This document shows positions 1-10,826 of a DNA stretch of 64,000 bases, in pieces. How positions within the stretch are numbered: position 1 is the stretch's first letter; every line of letters begins with the position of its first letter. Position numbers and translations under genes: made by a program. The notes under the pieces were generated by a model. It was not told where the DNA came from and searched no databases. It saw only the letters and a program-made list of their open reading frames with translations. Source of the stretch: Anaerolineae bacterium (lineage in GTDB: Bacteria; Chloroflexota; Anaerolineae; B4-G1; DUEL01); assembly GCA_041082215.1 (NCBI GenBank), contig JBDOIF010000111.1, positions 1 through 64,000 on the forward strand, given 5' to 3'.

Positions 1-1495
1 TCTGGGGGAGCCGGTGACCCAGGCGGTGATCACCGTCCCTGCCTACTTCAACGACAGCCAGCGACAGGCCACCAAGGACGCCGGCAAGATCGCCGGCCTG
101 GAGGTGCTGCGCATCATCAACGAGCCGACCGCCTCCTCCCTCGCCTACGGCCTGGGGGAGAACAGGGACGAGATCATCGCCGTCTACGACCTGGGCGGCG
201 GCACCTTCGACATCTCCATCCTCGACGTGGGGGATGGGGTCTTCGAGGTCAAGGCCACCAGCGGCGATACCTTCCTCGGCGGCGACGATTTCGACCAGCG
301 GATCATTGACTACGTGGCCGATGAGTACAGAAAAGAGACCGGCATTGACGTGCGGCAGGACCGGCAGGCGCTGCAACGGCTGAAGGAGGCGGCAGAGAAG
401 GCCAAAGTCGAACTCTCCTCAATGCTGGAGACGGAGATCAACCTGCCTTTCATCACCGCCGACGCCTCCGGCCCCAAGCACCTGCAGATGAAGCTCACCC
501 GCGCCAGGCTGGAGCAGTTGACCGAGGACCTGATCCAGCGGACGCTGGGGCCCTGCAAGCAGGCCCTGGCCGATGCGGGGCTCAAGCCCTCCGATATTGA
601 CCAGGTGATCCTGGTGGGCGGCCAGACCCGCATGCCGGCTATCCAGCGGCTGGTGGCGGAATTCTTCGGACGGGAGCCCCATAAGGGGGTCAACCCGGAC
701 GAGGTCGTGGGGCTCGGCGCGGCGATCCAGGCCGGGGTCCTCGCTGGCCAGGTGAAGGACGTCCTCCTCCTGGATGTGACCCCCCTTACGCTGAGCATCG
801 AAACCCTGGGTGGGGTGGCTACCCCCCTGATCGAGCGCAACACCACTATTCCCACCCGCAAGAGCCAGATCTTCTCCACCGCCACCGACGGCCAGACGCA
901 GGTGGAGATCCACGTGGTGCAGGGGGAACGGCCGATGGCCGCCGACAACAAGAGCCTGGGCCGCTTTATCCTGGATGGCATCCCGCCCGCGCCGCGCGGT
1001 GTTCCCCAGATCGAGGTCACGTTCGACATAGATGCCAACGGCATCCTCAACGTCTCGGCCAGGGATAAGGCCACCGGCAGAGAACAGTCTATGCAGATCA
1101 TCCCCTCCAGCGGGTTGACCGATACGGAGGTGGAACGGATGGTGCAGGAGGCCGAGGCGTACCGGGAGCAGGATCGGAAGAAACGGGAGCTGGCCGAGGC
1201 CCGCAACGCCGCTGACTCCGCCGCCTACTCCGCCGAGAAGTTCCTCCGGGAGCTGGGGGACCGGTTGCCTGCCGATGTCCGTTCCAGCATCGAGCAGAAG
1301 ACCCGGGCTGTCCGGGAGGTCCTCGCCACCGACGACGTGGCCCGCATCCGTCAGCGCACCACCGAGCTGGCAGAGGCGATCCAGGCGGTAGGAGCGCAGA
1401 TGTATCAGGCGCCCGGGCCGGGCGCACCACCGCCCCCCGGCGGCAAGGGGGACTCCGGGGAGGATGTGATCGAGGGGGAGTTCAGCACAGGGTAG
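1..1495 (+). CDS. dnaK: Hsp70 chaperone DnaK (5'-truncated by window edge)
   Basis: [29 protein letters not shown] and NPDEVV motifs; followed by dnaJ. Confidence 0.98.
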   Translation, partial: LGEPVTQAVITVPAYFNDSQRQATKDAGKIAGLEVLRIINEPTASSLAYGLGENRDEIIAVYDLGGGTFDISILDVGDGVFEVKATSGDTFLGGDDFDQRIIDYVADEYRKETGIDVRQDRQALQRLKEAAEKAKVELSSMLETEINLPFITADASGPKHLQMKLTRARLEQLTEDLIQRTLGPCKQALADAGLKPSDIDQVILVGGQTRMPAIQRLVAEFFGREPHKGVNPDEVVGLGAAIQAGVLAGQVKDVLLLDVTPLTLSIETLGGVATPLIERNTTIPTRKSQIFSTATDGQTQVEIHVVQGERPMAADNKSLGRFILDGIPPAPRGVPQIEVTFDIDANGILNVSARDKATGREQSMQIIPSSGLTDTEVERMVQEAEAYREQDRKKRELAEARNAADSAAYSAEKFLRELGDRLPADVRSSIEQKTRAVREVLATDDVARIRQRTTELAEAIQAVGAQMYQAPGPGAPPPPGGKGDSGEDVIEGEFSTG

Positions 1496-1519
1496 GGCGA
1501 CCCGGCGGGTCGCCCCTGC
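1492..1519 (+). repeat. GTAG-type REP-like palindrome overlapping dnaK stop
   Basis: GTAGGGCGACCCGGCGGGTCGCCCCTGC; the TAG of GTAG is the dnaK stop. Confidence 0.65.
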
Positions 1520-1574
1520 CCGGCACCGGAGGTGACCAGCGTTTTGCGTCTCCGGGGTTGTTGGGAAGCGCGGG

Positions 1575-2702
1575 ATGAGCACGAAACGGGATTACTACGA
1601 AGTGCTGGGGGTGGATCGGACCGCCTCCCCGGAGGAGATCAAGCGGGCCTATCGGAAGCTGGCCCGACAGTACCATCCCGACGTCTCCGACGCCCCCGAC
1701 GCCGAGGCCCGGTTCAAGGAGATCAACGAGGCCTACCAGGTCCTTTCCGATCCCGAGAAGCGGGCCGCCTACGACCGCTTCGGCCACGCCGGGCCGGGAG
1801 CACCCGGCTTCGGCTTCGACTTCGGTTTCCGCGACCCCTTCGAGATCTTCGAGGAGGTTTTTGGCGACCTGGGCTTTGGATTTCGCACGGGGCGACGGCG
1901 GGGACCCCGCCGGGGAGCCGACCTCCGCTACGACCTTACTCTCTCCTTCGAGGAAGCGGTCTTCGGCTGCCAGAAGGAGATCGAGATCACCCGGCTCGAC
2001 ATCTGCCCGGCCTGTCAGGGCAGCGGGGCCGAACCGGGCACCACGCCGGTCCGTTGTAGCGAATGCAACGGCACCGGCCAGGTGCGGCGGGTTCAGCATT
2101 CCATCCTCGGCTCCTTCGTCAACGTCTCCACCTGCCCGGTCTGTGGTGGGACAGGGGAGACGATCCCCATCCCCTGCCGGCGGTGCAACGGCGCCGGAAG
2201 GACCCACATCACCCGAAAGCTCTCGGTCAACATCCCCGCCGGAGTGGACACCGGAACCCGAATCCGGCTGGCGGGTGAGGGGGAGCCGGGCGAGCGGGGC
2301 GGACCACCGGGTAACCTCTATGTATTCCTGGAAGTGGAACCCCATCCTTATTTCCGCCGGCAGGGGGACGATCTGGTCGTCGAGATGGGGATCAACGTCG
2401 CCCAGGCCGCCCTCGGAGCCACGGTCACTATCCCTACCCTGGAGGGAGAAGAGCAGTTCGAGGTCCCCCCCGGCACTCAGAACGGGGCGATCTTCCGCCT
2501 CCGCGGCCGGGGGGTTCCCCACCTCCAGCGCAACGGCCGGGGAGACCTGCTGATTCTGGTGCAGGTGGAGATCCCCACCAGATTGACCCACGAGCAACGG
2601 GAGCTCTTCCAGAAGCTGGCGGTATTGTTAGGGGGAGAGTCGGCCGTGAAGGTGCGGCAACCCACGTTCCTGGATCGGCTCCGGGAGGCGTTGGGGTTGT
2701 AG
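1575..2702 (+). CDS. dnaJ: Co-chaperone DnaJ
   Basis: J domain with HPD, G/F region, four CxxCxGxG zinc-finger repeats. Confidence 0.98.
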   Translation: MSTKRDYYEVLGVDRTASPEEIKRAYRKLARQYHPDVSDAPDAEARFKEINEAYQVLSDPEKRAAYDRFGHAGPGAPGFGFDFGFRDPFEIFEEVFGDLGFGFRTGRRRGPRRGADLRYDLTLSFEEAVFGCQKEIEITRLDICPACQGSGAEPGTTPVRCSECNGTGQVRRVQHSILGSFVNVSTCPVCGGTGETIPIPCRRCNGAGRTHITRKLSVNIPAGVDTGTRIRLAGEGEPGERGGPPGNLYVFLEVEPHPYFRRQGDDLVVEMGINVAQAALGATVTIPTLEGEEQFEVPPGTQNGAIFRLRGRGVPHLQRNGRGDLLILVQVEIPTRLTHEQRELFQKLAVLLGGESAVKVRQPTFLDRLREALGL

Positions 2703-2790
2703 GGGGGCGCGGGGGCGCGGAGACGCGAAGACGCGGGGACAGGGAGACACGGAGACCGCTCTTCGCCGCGTCCTCCTATCCCTCTCGCCG
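2703..2790. repeat. Degenerate 8-mer tandem ladder (ACRCGGRG) with partial inverted arm
   Basis: gcgcgggg gcgcggag acgcgaag acgcgggg acagggag acacggag directly after dnaJ stop. Confidence 0.6.
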
Positions 2791-2800
2791 TATTTCTGCG

Positions 2801-3670
2801 ATGGACTGGCTTGAGGTCAGTGTGCAGGTGAACGCTGAGGCGGCGGAAGCGGTGGCCGAAGTGCTGACCCGCTTCGCCCCTCGCGGCGTGGCCTTCGAGG
2901 CCGGCCCCGAAGGGCTTGACCTCGGGCTGGTAACGGTGCGGGCCTACCTACCCGTAGATGAACGGCTCTCCGAAACCCGCCAGAGGCTGGAGGAAGCTCT
3001 CTGGCATCTGAGTCAGCTTCTCCCCATCCCCGCGCCCTCCTTTCGCCCCGTCGCCGAGTCCGACTGGTCGGAGGTATGGAAGAGACATCTGAAGGTCCTC
3101 CATATCGGCCGGCGGATCGTCGTCCGCCCCTCGTGGCTCCCCTATACCCCCCGTGAAGGGGAGGTGGTCGTCGTGCTGGATCCGGGGATGGCCTTCGGCA
3201 CAGGGCTTCATCCCACCACCCAGATGTGCCTGATGGCGCTGGAGGAGCACATCCGGCCAGGGATGCGGATGCTGGACCTGGGGACTGGCTCCGGCATCCT
3301 GGCCATTGCCGGGGCCAGGCTGGGAGCCCGTTCGGTACTGGCCCTGGATACCGATCCCCAGGCGGTAGCGGTGGCCCGGCAGAATGTCCGGCTCAATGGG
3401 GTGGAGAAGCAGGTGCGGGTAGCCGAAGGGTCGCTGGACAGGGCCGATGGCCTCTTCGATCTGGCCGCGGTCAACATCCTGGCGAAGGTGATCGTCGAGA
3501 TGGCGGGGCAGGGGCTGACGGAGCGGGTGGCTCCGGGAGGGGTTCTTGTGGCGGCGGGCCTCCTCGCCGATCAGGAGGAAGAGGTGAGGGAAGCCCTCTG
3601 CCGGGCAGGCCTCTCCATCTTCGGGCGACGGCAGATGGAGGAATGGGTCGCACTGGAGGCGAAGAAGTAG
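2801..3670 (+). CDS. prmA: Ribosomal protein L11 methyltransferase
   Basis: LDPGMAFGTGLHPTT and LDLGTGSGILAI; conserved position after dnaJ. Confidence 0.95.
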   Translation: MDWLEVSVQVNAEAAEAVAEVLTRFAPRGVAFEAGPEGLDLGLVTVRAYLPVDERLSETRQRLEEALWHLSQLLPIPAPSFRPVAESDWSEVWKRHLKVLHIGRRIVVRPSWLPYTPREGEVVVVLDPGMAFGTGLHPTTQMCLMALEEHIRPGMRMLDLGTGSGILAIAGARLGARSVLALDTDPQAVAVARQNVRLNGVEKQVRVAEGSLDRADGLFDLAAVNILAKVIVEMAGQGLTERVAPGGVLVAAGLLADQEEEVREALCRAGLSIFGRRQMEEWVALEAKK

Positions 3671-3691
3671 AGGCGCGCTTCCGCTGTCCCT

Positions 3692-5011
3692 CTACTCCCC
3701 TAATGAACCGTTGCACTTCTCCACTGTCCTGGTCAGCCAGGAGGCCGGGTCCTCCCCGCCGGCTACAGCCTGCATCATCTCGCCGATCGCCTCCCGGCAC
3801 CTGTCGTAGCCCGTTACGCCCGGCTCGACGGCGATCTCGTAGTTGAGGAACCCGAAGGCTTTGGCGTACTGGGGATTTTCATCGAAGTAGTCCTGGAGCA
3901 GTTCGGCGGTAGAGGCGCGGACGGGGAGGCCGTAGAATGCCCGGACCCATCGGGCCTGCTGTTCCGGTTCGGCAAGCCACCTGACGAAGAGCCAGGACGC
4001 CAACTGCCGCTCAGGCGTGGTCCTGAAAATGGACAGGTCGGCGCCATAGACGTTCACCTTCGGCTGTTCCAGCGAGCCGGGAAGGGTGGAGATAGACCAG
4101 TTGAAGCCAGCACCCCTGGATACCGCGCTGCGATAGAAAGGCAGCCTGGAGGTGCTGCTGATGGTGAAAAGGACCCGACCGGCACTGAAATCGGCCTGGT
4201 CGCCGTATTCCTCCGTTTCCAGCAGGGCACAACCCTCTTCCAGAAGCCCCTGAAGGAAAGTCAGAGCCTCCAGCCCCGCCTGGTCGCCGAAGGCGTAGGC
4301 CGTGGCGTCGTCATTCAGCATCCTCCCACCCCGGCTGACGACCCAGTCGGCGAAGGTGGAAGTGTTTATGGAAAGCTCATAGCCGTAGGTACCGGCAGCG
4401 GGGTCGGAGGCGGCGCAGGCCATCTCCCTGAACTCCTCCCACGTCTGCGGCGGGCGGTCGTACCCCAGCTCGTGAAGCCAGTCCTCATTGTAGAAGAGAA
4501 CCTCTATCGAGCGCTGGAGCGGGAAGCCGTAGCGGCCCTGGAACTGGGGCAGGTCCTCGGTCTGGAGGACAAAGGGGAAGAGGTCGTCCAGCTCCGCCTG
4601 GGTAAAGCCCCACCTCCTGCTCTCAACGTAGGGGGTCAATTCGACGACGGCTCCCCGGTCGGCGTAGGCGGCCGCCTGATCCGGGTACGCAACGGCCAGG
4701 TCCGGCACCCTGCCGGATGGGATGCCGGCGGTGATCTTGCGATAGATCTCGTCGTAGTTGCCGGCGTATTCCCCCTGGACCGTGATGCCCCATTCGTTGG
4801 TGGTGTTGAACTCCTCGATCATCGCCTGGAGGGTTTCCTCCTGGCTGTTGGAATAGGGATACCAGAAGATCACCACCTGCCCGCCGGGGTCAAGGCCCTC
4901 CAGGTCGCCGTAAACCCCGCCCTCAGACTCAGGAGTGGACGCACAACCGGCGGCCAGGAGTCCAACCCCAATGAGGACGGCCATTCCTTTCAGCCAGCGG
5001 TTCGTTTTCAT
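3692..5011 (-). CDS. ABC transporter substrate-binding lipoprotein (sugar/glycerol-3-phosphate type)
   Basis: Lipobox LAAGC; SBP family 1 motifs (YNEDWL..PPQTWEEF). Confidence 0.85.
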   Translation of the reverse strand: MKTNRWLKGMAVLIGVGLLAAGCASTPESEGGVYGDLEGLDPGGQVVIFWYPYSNSQEETLQAMIEEFNTTNEWGITVQGEYAGNYDEIYRKITAGIPSGRVPDLAVAYPDQAAAYADRGAVVELTPYVESRRWGFTQAELDDLFPFVLQTEDLPQFQGRYGFPLQRSIEVLFYNEDWLHELGYDRPPQTWEEFREMACAASDPAAGTYGYELSINTSTFADWVVSRGGRMLNDDATAYAFGDQAGLEALTFLQGLLEEGCALLETEEYGDQADFSAGRVLFTISSTSRLPFYRSAVSRGAGFNWSISTLPGSLEQPKVNVYGADLSIFRTTPERQLASWLFVRWLAEPEQQARWVRAFYGLPVRASTAELLQDYFDENPQYAKAFGFLNYEIAVEPGVTGYDRCREAIGEMMQAVAGGEDPASWLTRTVEKCNGSLGE

Positions 5012-5153
5012 CGGCTTCCTTCGCGTTTCCCCTGGGGGTGCGACTTATGTCCTCTGTGTCTCTGTGGTGGTAAAAGATTCAACTGCGTGAGTCCTGCGCA
5101 TATTGTAGTTGATCAAAGGGGTGTGTCAAGGGCGTATCTCCGTTGGGATAGCG

Positions 5154-5182
5154 TTGACACTCCCCCAAAAGCGGGGTATACT
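5154..5182 (+). promoter_or_regulatory. Sigma70-type promoter of smc
   Basis: TTGACA-17 bp-TATACT ending 8 nt before the ATG; no Shine-Dalgarno. Confidence 0.65.
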
Positions 5183-5190
5183 CCCCACGC

Positions 5191-8100
5191 ATGATGCGGC
5201 TCAAGCGGCTTGAACTCCAGGGATACAAGTCCTTCGCCAGCCGGACCGAATTCGTCTTCCCCACGGGCATCACCGCCATCGTGGGGCCGAACGGTTCTGG
5301 AAAGTCCAACATCGCCGACGCCATCCGCTGGGTGCTGGGAGAGCAGAGCCTGCGGATGCTGCGCGGCAAGTCTACGGCCGATATGATCTTCTCCGGCGGC
5401 CGACGGCGCGCACAGGCCGGGATGGCAGAGGTCCTTCTGACGCTGGATAACGCCGACGGCTGGCTCCCCATTGATTTCGCCGAGGTGACCATCGGCCGAC
5501 GCGCCTACCGCTCGGGCGAAAGCGAATACCTCCTCAACGGCAGCCGCGTCCGCCTGCGCGACCTGATGGAACTGCTGGCCGAAAGCGGCCTCGCTCAGCG
5601 GACCTATGCGGTCATCGGCCAGGGGCTGGTGGATGCCGCCCTCTCCCTCCGGCCCGAGGAACGGCGGGCGCTCTTCGAGGAGGCGGCCGGGATCGCCGTC
5701 TACCGGGCGCGAAGGGAGGAGGCCGCCGATCGTCTGGAAGAGACCGCCCGAAACCTGGACCGGGTCCGTGATATCCTCTCCGAAATCACCCCCCGTCTGA
5801 AACGACTGGAGGAACAGGCGAACCGCTTTCGGGAATATGAGCGGGTCGCCGCCCACCTGCGGCAGCTCCAGCGGGCCTGGTACGGCTACCACTGGGGCCA
5901 GGCTCAGGAGGCCCTCCGGCTTGCACAGGAGCAGGCAGAGTCCGTGGAGGCGACGCTGGAGGCCAGAAGGGCAGAGGTAGAGGCAATCGGTGCCCGTCTG
6001 GCCGACCTGCGTCAGCAGCAGACAGCGCTGCGGGGCCGCCTGCGGGACATCTACCGGCAGATCGCCGACCTCCACGACCGGACGGACGCCGCCCAGCGGG
6101 AGATGGCCGCCCTCACCGAGCGGGTTCGTCTGCTGACCGCCCGGCAGGAGGAGGCCCGGGAAGAGCTGGAGCCGCTTCTGGCCCAGCGGGACGCCCAGGA
6201 GCAGCGGGTTCAGGCAGCCCGGGCGCGGGTGGAAGAGCTGCGCGCCCAGGTAACGGTCCGGACAGAGAAAGTCGCCACGCTGGAGGCGGAGCTGGAGCAA
6301 TTGCGCCGTCGGGCGCAGGACCGGGCCAGGCAGCGGTTGCAGGCGGAGAAGGAGCTGAAAGCCCGGCTGGCCCAGCAGGAAGAGCTGGAAGCGGCCATCG
6401 CCGAGGCCCGCGCTGCCGAAGCCCGGCTGGAAGCGGAGCGGGACCTGCTGGCCCGGCTACGGGAGGAGGGGGAGGGGTTTGCCCGTGGGACCCGCACGCT
6501 CCTCCACGCCACCCTGCCGGGCGTGGAGGGACTGCTTGGCCGCCTGATCCGGGTGCCGGAGGAGTGGGAACGGGCGGTGGAGGCGGCGCTGGGCCCCCGC
6601 ATACAGGCCCTGGTGGTCCGGGACTGGCGGGCCGTAGCGGCCGCCCGCAAGCTCCTGAGGCCCGACGAGCGGGCCGTCCTCCTCCCCCTGGCCGGCCTCC
6701 AGCCCCGCCCCTGGAAGCTGCCCGAAGGTGCGCTGTGCGCCGCCGATGTGGTGACCTGTGACGGCCATCTGCGGCCGGCAATAGAGGCCCTCCTGGGCCA
6801 GACGCTCCTGGTGGAAGACCTGGAGGCAGCGCGGACGCTGGCCCCTGTGCTCCCTCCCGGCGGGTGCTGTGCCACCCGGGCGGGCGAGGTCGTCGCCGCC
6901 GATGGGACGGTCACCCTCGGCAGCGGAGGAGGGGTGCTTCTCCAGGAACGGAGCTGGCGGGAGCTGCCCGAACGGTTGCAGGCTGCCCGCAAACGACGAC
7001 AGGAGCTGGAAGCGGAAAAACTCCATCTGGCCCAGGCGATGGAGGCGTTGCAGAATGTGCTCGGAAAGGCAGAGCGGGAGGCTGCGGAGGCCGATGCCCG
7101 GGCATCCCAGGCTGAGTCCGGGCCGCTCACCCAGGCCCGCACCGACCTGGCGGTGACCCAGCAGGCTCTGGAAGGCCAGCTTCTTCTCCTCCAGCGAGAA
7201 GTGGCAGGGCTGGAGCGGGTCAGGGCGCAGGTTGCGGCCCGGCAGGAGCAGATGGCGAAAACCGTCGCCGAACAGGAGGCCGCCGGTGAACGCCTCCAGC
7301 AGCTCCGGAAGGAGACCGCCGCATATGAACTGGAACTGACACGGGCCCGCGCCAGCATCGGCCCCGCCGAGGAGGAACTGGGACGGCTGGCCCAGGAGCA
7401 GGAACAGGCCGAGGCCCAGGAACGTCAGGCCCGCGCCCTGGTGCAACAGGCGGAGGAGCAGGTCAACAGGGCCCGGCTGGAGGTGGCCCGCTGCCAGGAC
7501 CGGCTGGCACGGCTCCAGGAGCGGATCCAGGAAGAGCTGGGGCTGGTCGAGCTGGAGGTGGCCGATCAGGTCACCACCCAGGCTCCCCTCCCCCTCCGCC
7601 CCCTGGTCTCCCGTCTGCCGGTGGTGGAAGTGCTGCCCGACGGACTGGAAGAGGAGATCCAGCGGCTCAAGTCCCGCCTGCGACAGATCGGGCCGGTCAA
7701 CCCCAATGCCCCCCAGGAGTATGCAGAAGCAGAGGAGCGGCACCGGTTCCTGTCCGAACAGGTGGCAGACCTGGAGACGACCTCAGCCCGGCTCCACGAG
7801 GTCATCGCCGATCTGGACCGGATGATGGAGCAGAGCTTCCGCGAGACCGTTGACGCCGTCGCTGTCGCGTTTGAGGAGACCTTCACCCGCCTCTTCAACG
7901 GCGGCTCGGCCCGGCTGGAGCTGACGGACCCGGACGATCTGGCCAATACGGGGGTGGACATTGTCGCCCGTCCGCCGGGGAAACGGCCCCAGAGCCTGGC
8001 CCTCCTCTCCGGCGGGGAACGGGCCCTCACCGCTGCAGCCCTCATCTTCGCCATCCTGCGTGTCCGCCCCACCCCTTTCTGCGTGCTGGATGAGGTGGAC

Positions 8101-8301
8101 GCAATGCTGGACGAGGTCAACGTCGTCCGCTTCCGGGCCATGCTGGAAGAGCTTGCAGGTCGGACACAGTTCATCGTCATCACCCATAACCGGGGCACCG
8201 TCGAGGCAGCGGACACCGTGTACGGGGTGTCTATGGGCTCCGAGGGGGTCTCCCAGGTGGTCTCTCTGCGGCTGGAGGGGAAGGAGGTGGAGGCAGGATG
8301 A
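5191..8301 (+). CDS. smc: Chromosome segregation protein SMC (short arms)
   Basis: Walker A GPNGSGKSN, hinge GLLGRLI..ALG, signature LSGGE, Walker B LDEVD. Confidence 0.93.
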   Translation: MMRLKRLELQGYKSFASRTEFVFPTGITAIVGPNGSGKSNIADAIRWVLGEQSLRMLRGKSTADMIFSGGRRRAQAGMAEVLLTLDNADGWLPIDFAEVTIGRRAYRSGESEYLLNGSRVRLRDLMELLAESGLAQRTYAVIGQGLVDAALSLRPEERRALFEEAAGIAVYRARREEAADRLEETARNLDRVRDILSEITPRLKRLEEQANRFREYERVAAHLRQLQRAWYGYHWGQAQEALRLAQEQAESVEATLEARRAEVEAIGARLADLRQQQTALRGRLRDIYRQIADLHDRTDAAQREMAALTERVRLLTARQEEAREELEPLLAQRDAQEQRVQAARARVEELRAQVTVRTEKVATLEAELEQLRRRAQDRARQRLQAEKELKARLAQQEELEAAIAEARAAEARLEAERDLLARLREEGEGFARGTRTLLHATLPGVEGLLGRLIRVPEEWERAVEAALGPRIQALVVRDWRAVAAARKLLRPDERAVLLPLAGLQPRPWKLPEGALCAADVVTCDGHLRPAIEALLGQTLLVEDLEAARTLAPVLPPGGCCATRAGEVVAADGTVTLGSGGGVLLQERSWRELPERLQAARKRRQELEAEKLHLAQAMEALQNVLGKAEREAAEADARASQAESGPLTQARTDLAVTQQALEGQLLLLQREVAGLERVRAQVAARQEQMAKTVAEQEAAGERLQQLRKETAAYELELTRARASIGPAEEELGRLAQEQEQAEAQERQARALVQQAEEQVNRARLEVARCQDRLARLQERIQEELGLVELEVADQVTTQAPLPLRPLVSRLPVVEVLPDGLEEEIQRLKSRLRQIGPVNPNAPQEYAEAEERHRFLSEQVADLETTSARLHEVIADLDRMMEQSFRETVDAVAVAFEETFTRLFNGGSARLELTDPDDLANTGVDIVARPPGKRPQSLALLSGGERALTAAALIFAILRVRPTPFCVLDEVDAMLDEVNVVRFRAMLEELAGRTQFIVITHNRGTVEAADTVYGVSMGSEGVSQVVSLRLEGKEVEAG

Positions 8302-9263
8302 GCCGGGTAGCGGTCCTCACCACGGGAGGAACGGTGGCGATGCGGTACGACCCCGGAGCGGGAGGGGCGGTCCCTCTCCTGAGCGCCCCGGAGCTGATGG
8401 CGGCGCTCCCCAAAGGGGCCCCGGAGCTGGTGGTGGAGGAGGTGTGCAATCTGCCCAGCTCCCATTTCACCCTGGAGACCCTCTGGCTCATCCGGGAGCG
8501 GGCGGTGGCGTGGGCGGCTGAGCCGGGGGTGGACGGGGTGGCGATCACCCACGGGACCGATGTGCTGGAGGAAACGGCCTACCTGCTGGACCTGACGGTG
8601 CCGGGGGAGAAGCCGCTGGTGATAACCGGGGCGATGCGGACCGCCTCGGAGCCGGGGGCCGATGGCCCGGCCAATCTGTGGGCAGCGGTGCGGGTGGCGA
8701 CCGCGCCTGAGGCCCGGGGACTGGGGGCGCTTGTCGTCCTCAACGATGAGATCCACGCCGCCCGTTTCGTCACCAAGATGGACACCCTTTCCCCTTCCAC
8801 ATTTCAATCTCCCGGATGGGGGCCGCTGGGACGGGTGGAGGGGGATCGGGTGCGGGTGGCCTTCCGGCTGGAACGGGAGGTACTGGATTGCCCCCGGCTG
8901 GAGGAACGGGTGGCGCTGATCCGGCTGGCGGTAGGGATGGGAGCCGAACCGCTGGAGGACGCGCTGGCACGGGGCGTGCGCGGGGTGGTGCTGGAAGGGC
9001 TGGGAGGGGGAAGGATCCCGCCCTGGTGGTTGCCGACGATAGATCGGGCGGTGAAAGACGGGGTGACCGTGGTCGTCGCCAGCCGCTGCCCCTCCGGGCG
9101 GGTGTGGGATGCCTACGGCTATGTCGGGGGGCACCGGACCCTGCAAGAGATGGGATGCCTCTTCTCACCGGGGCTGAACGGGCAGAAGGCCCGTATCCGG
9201 CTGATGGTGGTGCTGGGCGCAGCCCGGACCCCCGAAGAGGCCGCGCGCCTGTGGGGCCGTTGA
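8298..9263 (+). CDS. L-asparaginase (asparaginase/glutaminase family)
   Basis: TTGGTV and ITHGTDVLEET catalytic motifs. Confidence 0.92.
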   Translation: MSRVAVLTTGGTVAMRYDPGAGGAVPLLSAPELMAALPKGAPELVVEEVCNLPSSHFTLETLWLIRERAVAWAAEPGVDGVAITHGTDVLEETAYLLDLTVPGEKPLVITGAMRTASEPGADGPANLWAAVRVATAPEARGLGALVVLNDEIHAARFVTKMDTLSPSTFQSPGWGPLGRVEGDRVRVAFRLEREVLDCPRLEERVALIRLAVGMGAEPLEDALARGVRGVVLEGLGGGRIPPWWLPTIDRAVKDGVTVVVASRCPSGRVWDAYGYVGGHRTLQEMGCLFSPGLNGQKARIRLMVVLGAARTPEEAARLWGR

Positions 9264-9649
9264 TGGTGAAAACGCACGACGCTGTACAGGAGGGAGAGGA
9301 ACTGGAACCGATAGACCTGGCGCGGGAGATAGTGGACATCCTCACGGACAAGAAGGGAGAGGACATCCTGTTGCTCGATCTGGGGGGGTTGACCACGCTG
9401 ACCGATTATTTCGTCCTCTGTAACGGGACAAGCGACCGGCAGTTGCAGGCGCTGGTCAACGGGGTCCGGGAAGGTGTAAAGGAGAACCTGGGCCTCCTTC
9501 CCCTTCATATTGAGGGAGAGCCTCCATCAGGCTGGATTCTGATGGATTACGGCCCCGTGGTGGTCCACATCTTCACTCCGGAGCTGCGCGCTTACTACGA
9601 TCTGGAGGGGTTGTGGCGGCAGGCCCGGGTGGTGGTGCGGATTCAGTAG
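9263..9649 (+). CDS. rsfS: Ribosome silencing factor RsfS (start codon uncertain)
   Basis: DKKGEDILLLD, DYFVLCNG, WILMDYG..VVHIF..R.YYDLE; C-terminal part of ORF 8816..9649. Confidence 0.93.
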   Translation: MVKTHDAVQEGEELEPIDLAREIVDILTDKKGEDILLLDLGGLTTLTDYFVLCNGTSDRQLQALVNGVREGVKENLGLLPLHIEGEPPSGWILMDYGPVVVHIFTPELRAYYDLEGLWRQARVVVRIQ

Positions 9650-10728
9650 GAACGACCCTGTGGTGAGGGTTCCTGTCCGGCGCGGTGGCGGAGCTGACCG
9701 CACCCGGCCTGGATTTCGATCCCCCGCCGCACCCGGACGGTGTGGGGGATCCGGTGTCGCTGGAGGACGGCGGCAAAGGCGGCGACCGCCTCACGGGAGG
9801 GCGGCTGGCCGTTGTACCCGGGGGTGGGGTTGAGGGGGATCAGGTTGACGTGAGCGGGCAGCCCGATGAGGCGGGCCGCCAGGGCTTCCGCCTGCTGGGG
9901 GGTATCGTTCACGCCGGCAATGAGGGCCCATTCGAAGCTGATGCGCCGACCGGTACGCCGGACATACCGGTGGCAGGCAGCAAAGAGCGCATCCAGGGGG
10001 TATTTCCGGTTGATCGGTACCAGCCGATCCCTCAGCTCATCGGTGGCGGCGTGGAGGGAGACAGCGAGGGTGATCTGCTGAGGCACATCCCCATCCTGAG
10101 CCAGCCGGTCTATCCCGGGCACGATGCCGACGGTGGAGAGGGTGATATGCCGTTGCCCCAGGTCGAACCCCGTGGGGTCGCTCAGGCGACGGCCAGCGGC
10201 GAGGGAGGCGTCGTAGTTCAGGAGAGGCTCCCCCATTCCCATCAGCACAACGTTGGTCAGCCGCTCCCCTTCCGCGCGGAGGATCCGGGCAAAGTGAAGG
10301 GCCTGGGCCACGATCTCCCCTGTGCTCAGGTTGCGGCGGAACCCCGCCTGCCCGGTGGCGCAGAAAGCACAGCCAATGGGGCAGCCGACCTGGGTGGAGA
10401 TGCAGGCGGTGCGGCGGTGTTCGTACCACATCAACACCGCCTCCACCGTCTCCCCATCCGCCAGCCGGAGGAGGTCTTTCCGCGTCCGCCTGTCGGAGGA
10501 GAGCTGAGAGGTGATGACCTGGGGGATCCCCGGACTGGTCTCCGTTGCCAGCTTTTCGCGCAGAGAGCGGGGAAGGTTGCTCATCTGTTCGAAGTTATCT
10601 GCCAGATGGATGTAGAGCCATTCCCATAGCTGCCGGGCGCGATAGGCAGGCTCCCCCCATCCCTCCAGCAAAGATTGGAGGGCGGGGTAGTCCAGATCAT
10701 ATAGGATCGGACGGTTCTTGCTGTCCAT
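9643..10728 (-). CDS. rlmN: Dual-specificity rRNA/tRNA methyltransferase RlmN
   Basis: CISTQVGCPIGCAFC radical SAM motif, MGMGEP, C-terminal AGCGQL. Confidence 0.95.
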   Translation of the reverse strand: MDSKNRPILYDLDYPALQSLLEGWGEPAYRARQLWEWLYIHLADNFEQMSNLPRSLREKLATETSPGIPQVITSQLSSDRRTRKDLLRLADGETVEAVLMWYEHRRTACISTQVGCPIGCAFCATGQAGFRRNLSTGEIVAQALHFARILRAEGERLTNVVLMGMGEPLLNYDASLAAGRRLSDPTGFDLGQRHITLSTVGIVPGIDRLAQDGDVPQQITLAVSLHAATDELRDRLVPINRKYPLDALFAACHRYVRRTGRRISFEWALIAGVNDTPQQAEALAARLIGLPAHVNLIPLNPTPGYNGQPPSREAVAAFAAVLQRHRIPHTVRVRRGIEIQAGCGQLRHRAGQEPSPQGRSY

Positions 10729-10781
10729 AATGTAAGCTTTGACCATTATACCTGATCGGGGCGGAGGGGCAATCAGGCCAA

Positions 10782-10810
10782 TGTAGGACAGGCTTTCAGC
10801 CTGTCCTGCA
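10782..10810. repeat. GTAG-type REP-like palindrome
   Basis: TGTAGGACAGGCT-TTC-AGCCTGTCCTGCA; near-identical copy at 54326. Confidence 0.7.
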
Positions 10811-10826
10811 AAGGGGTGATCGGGCC

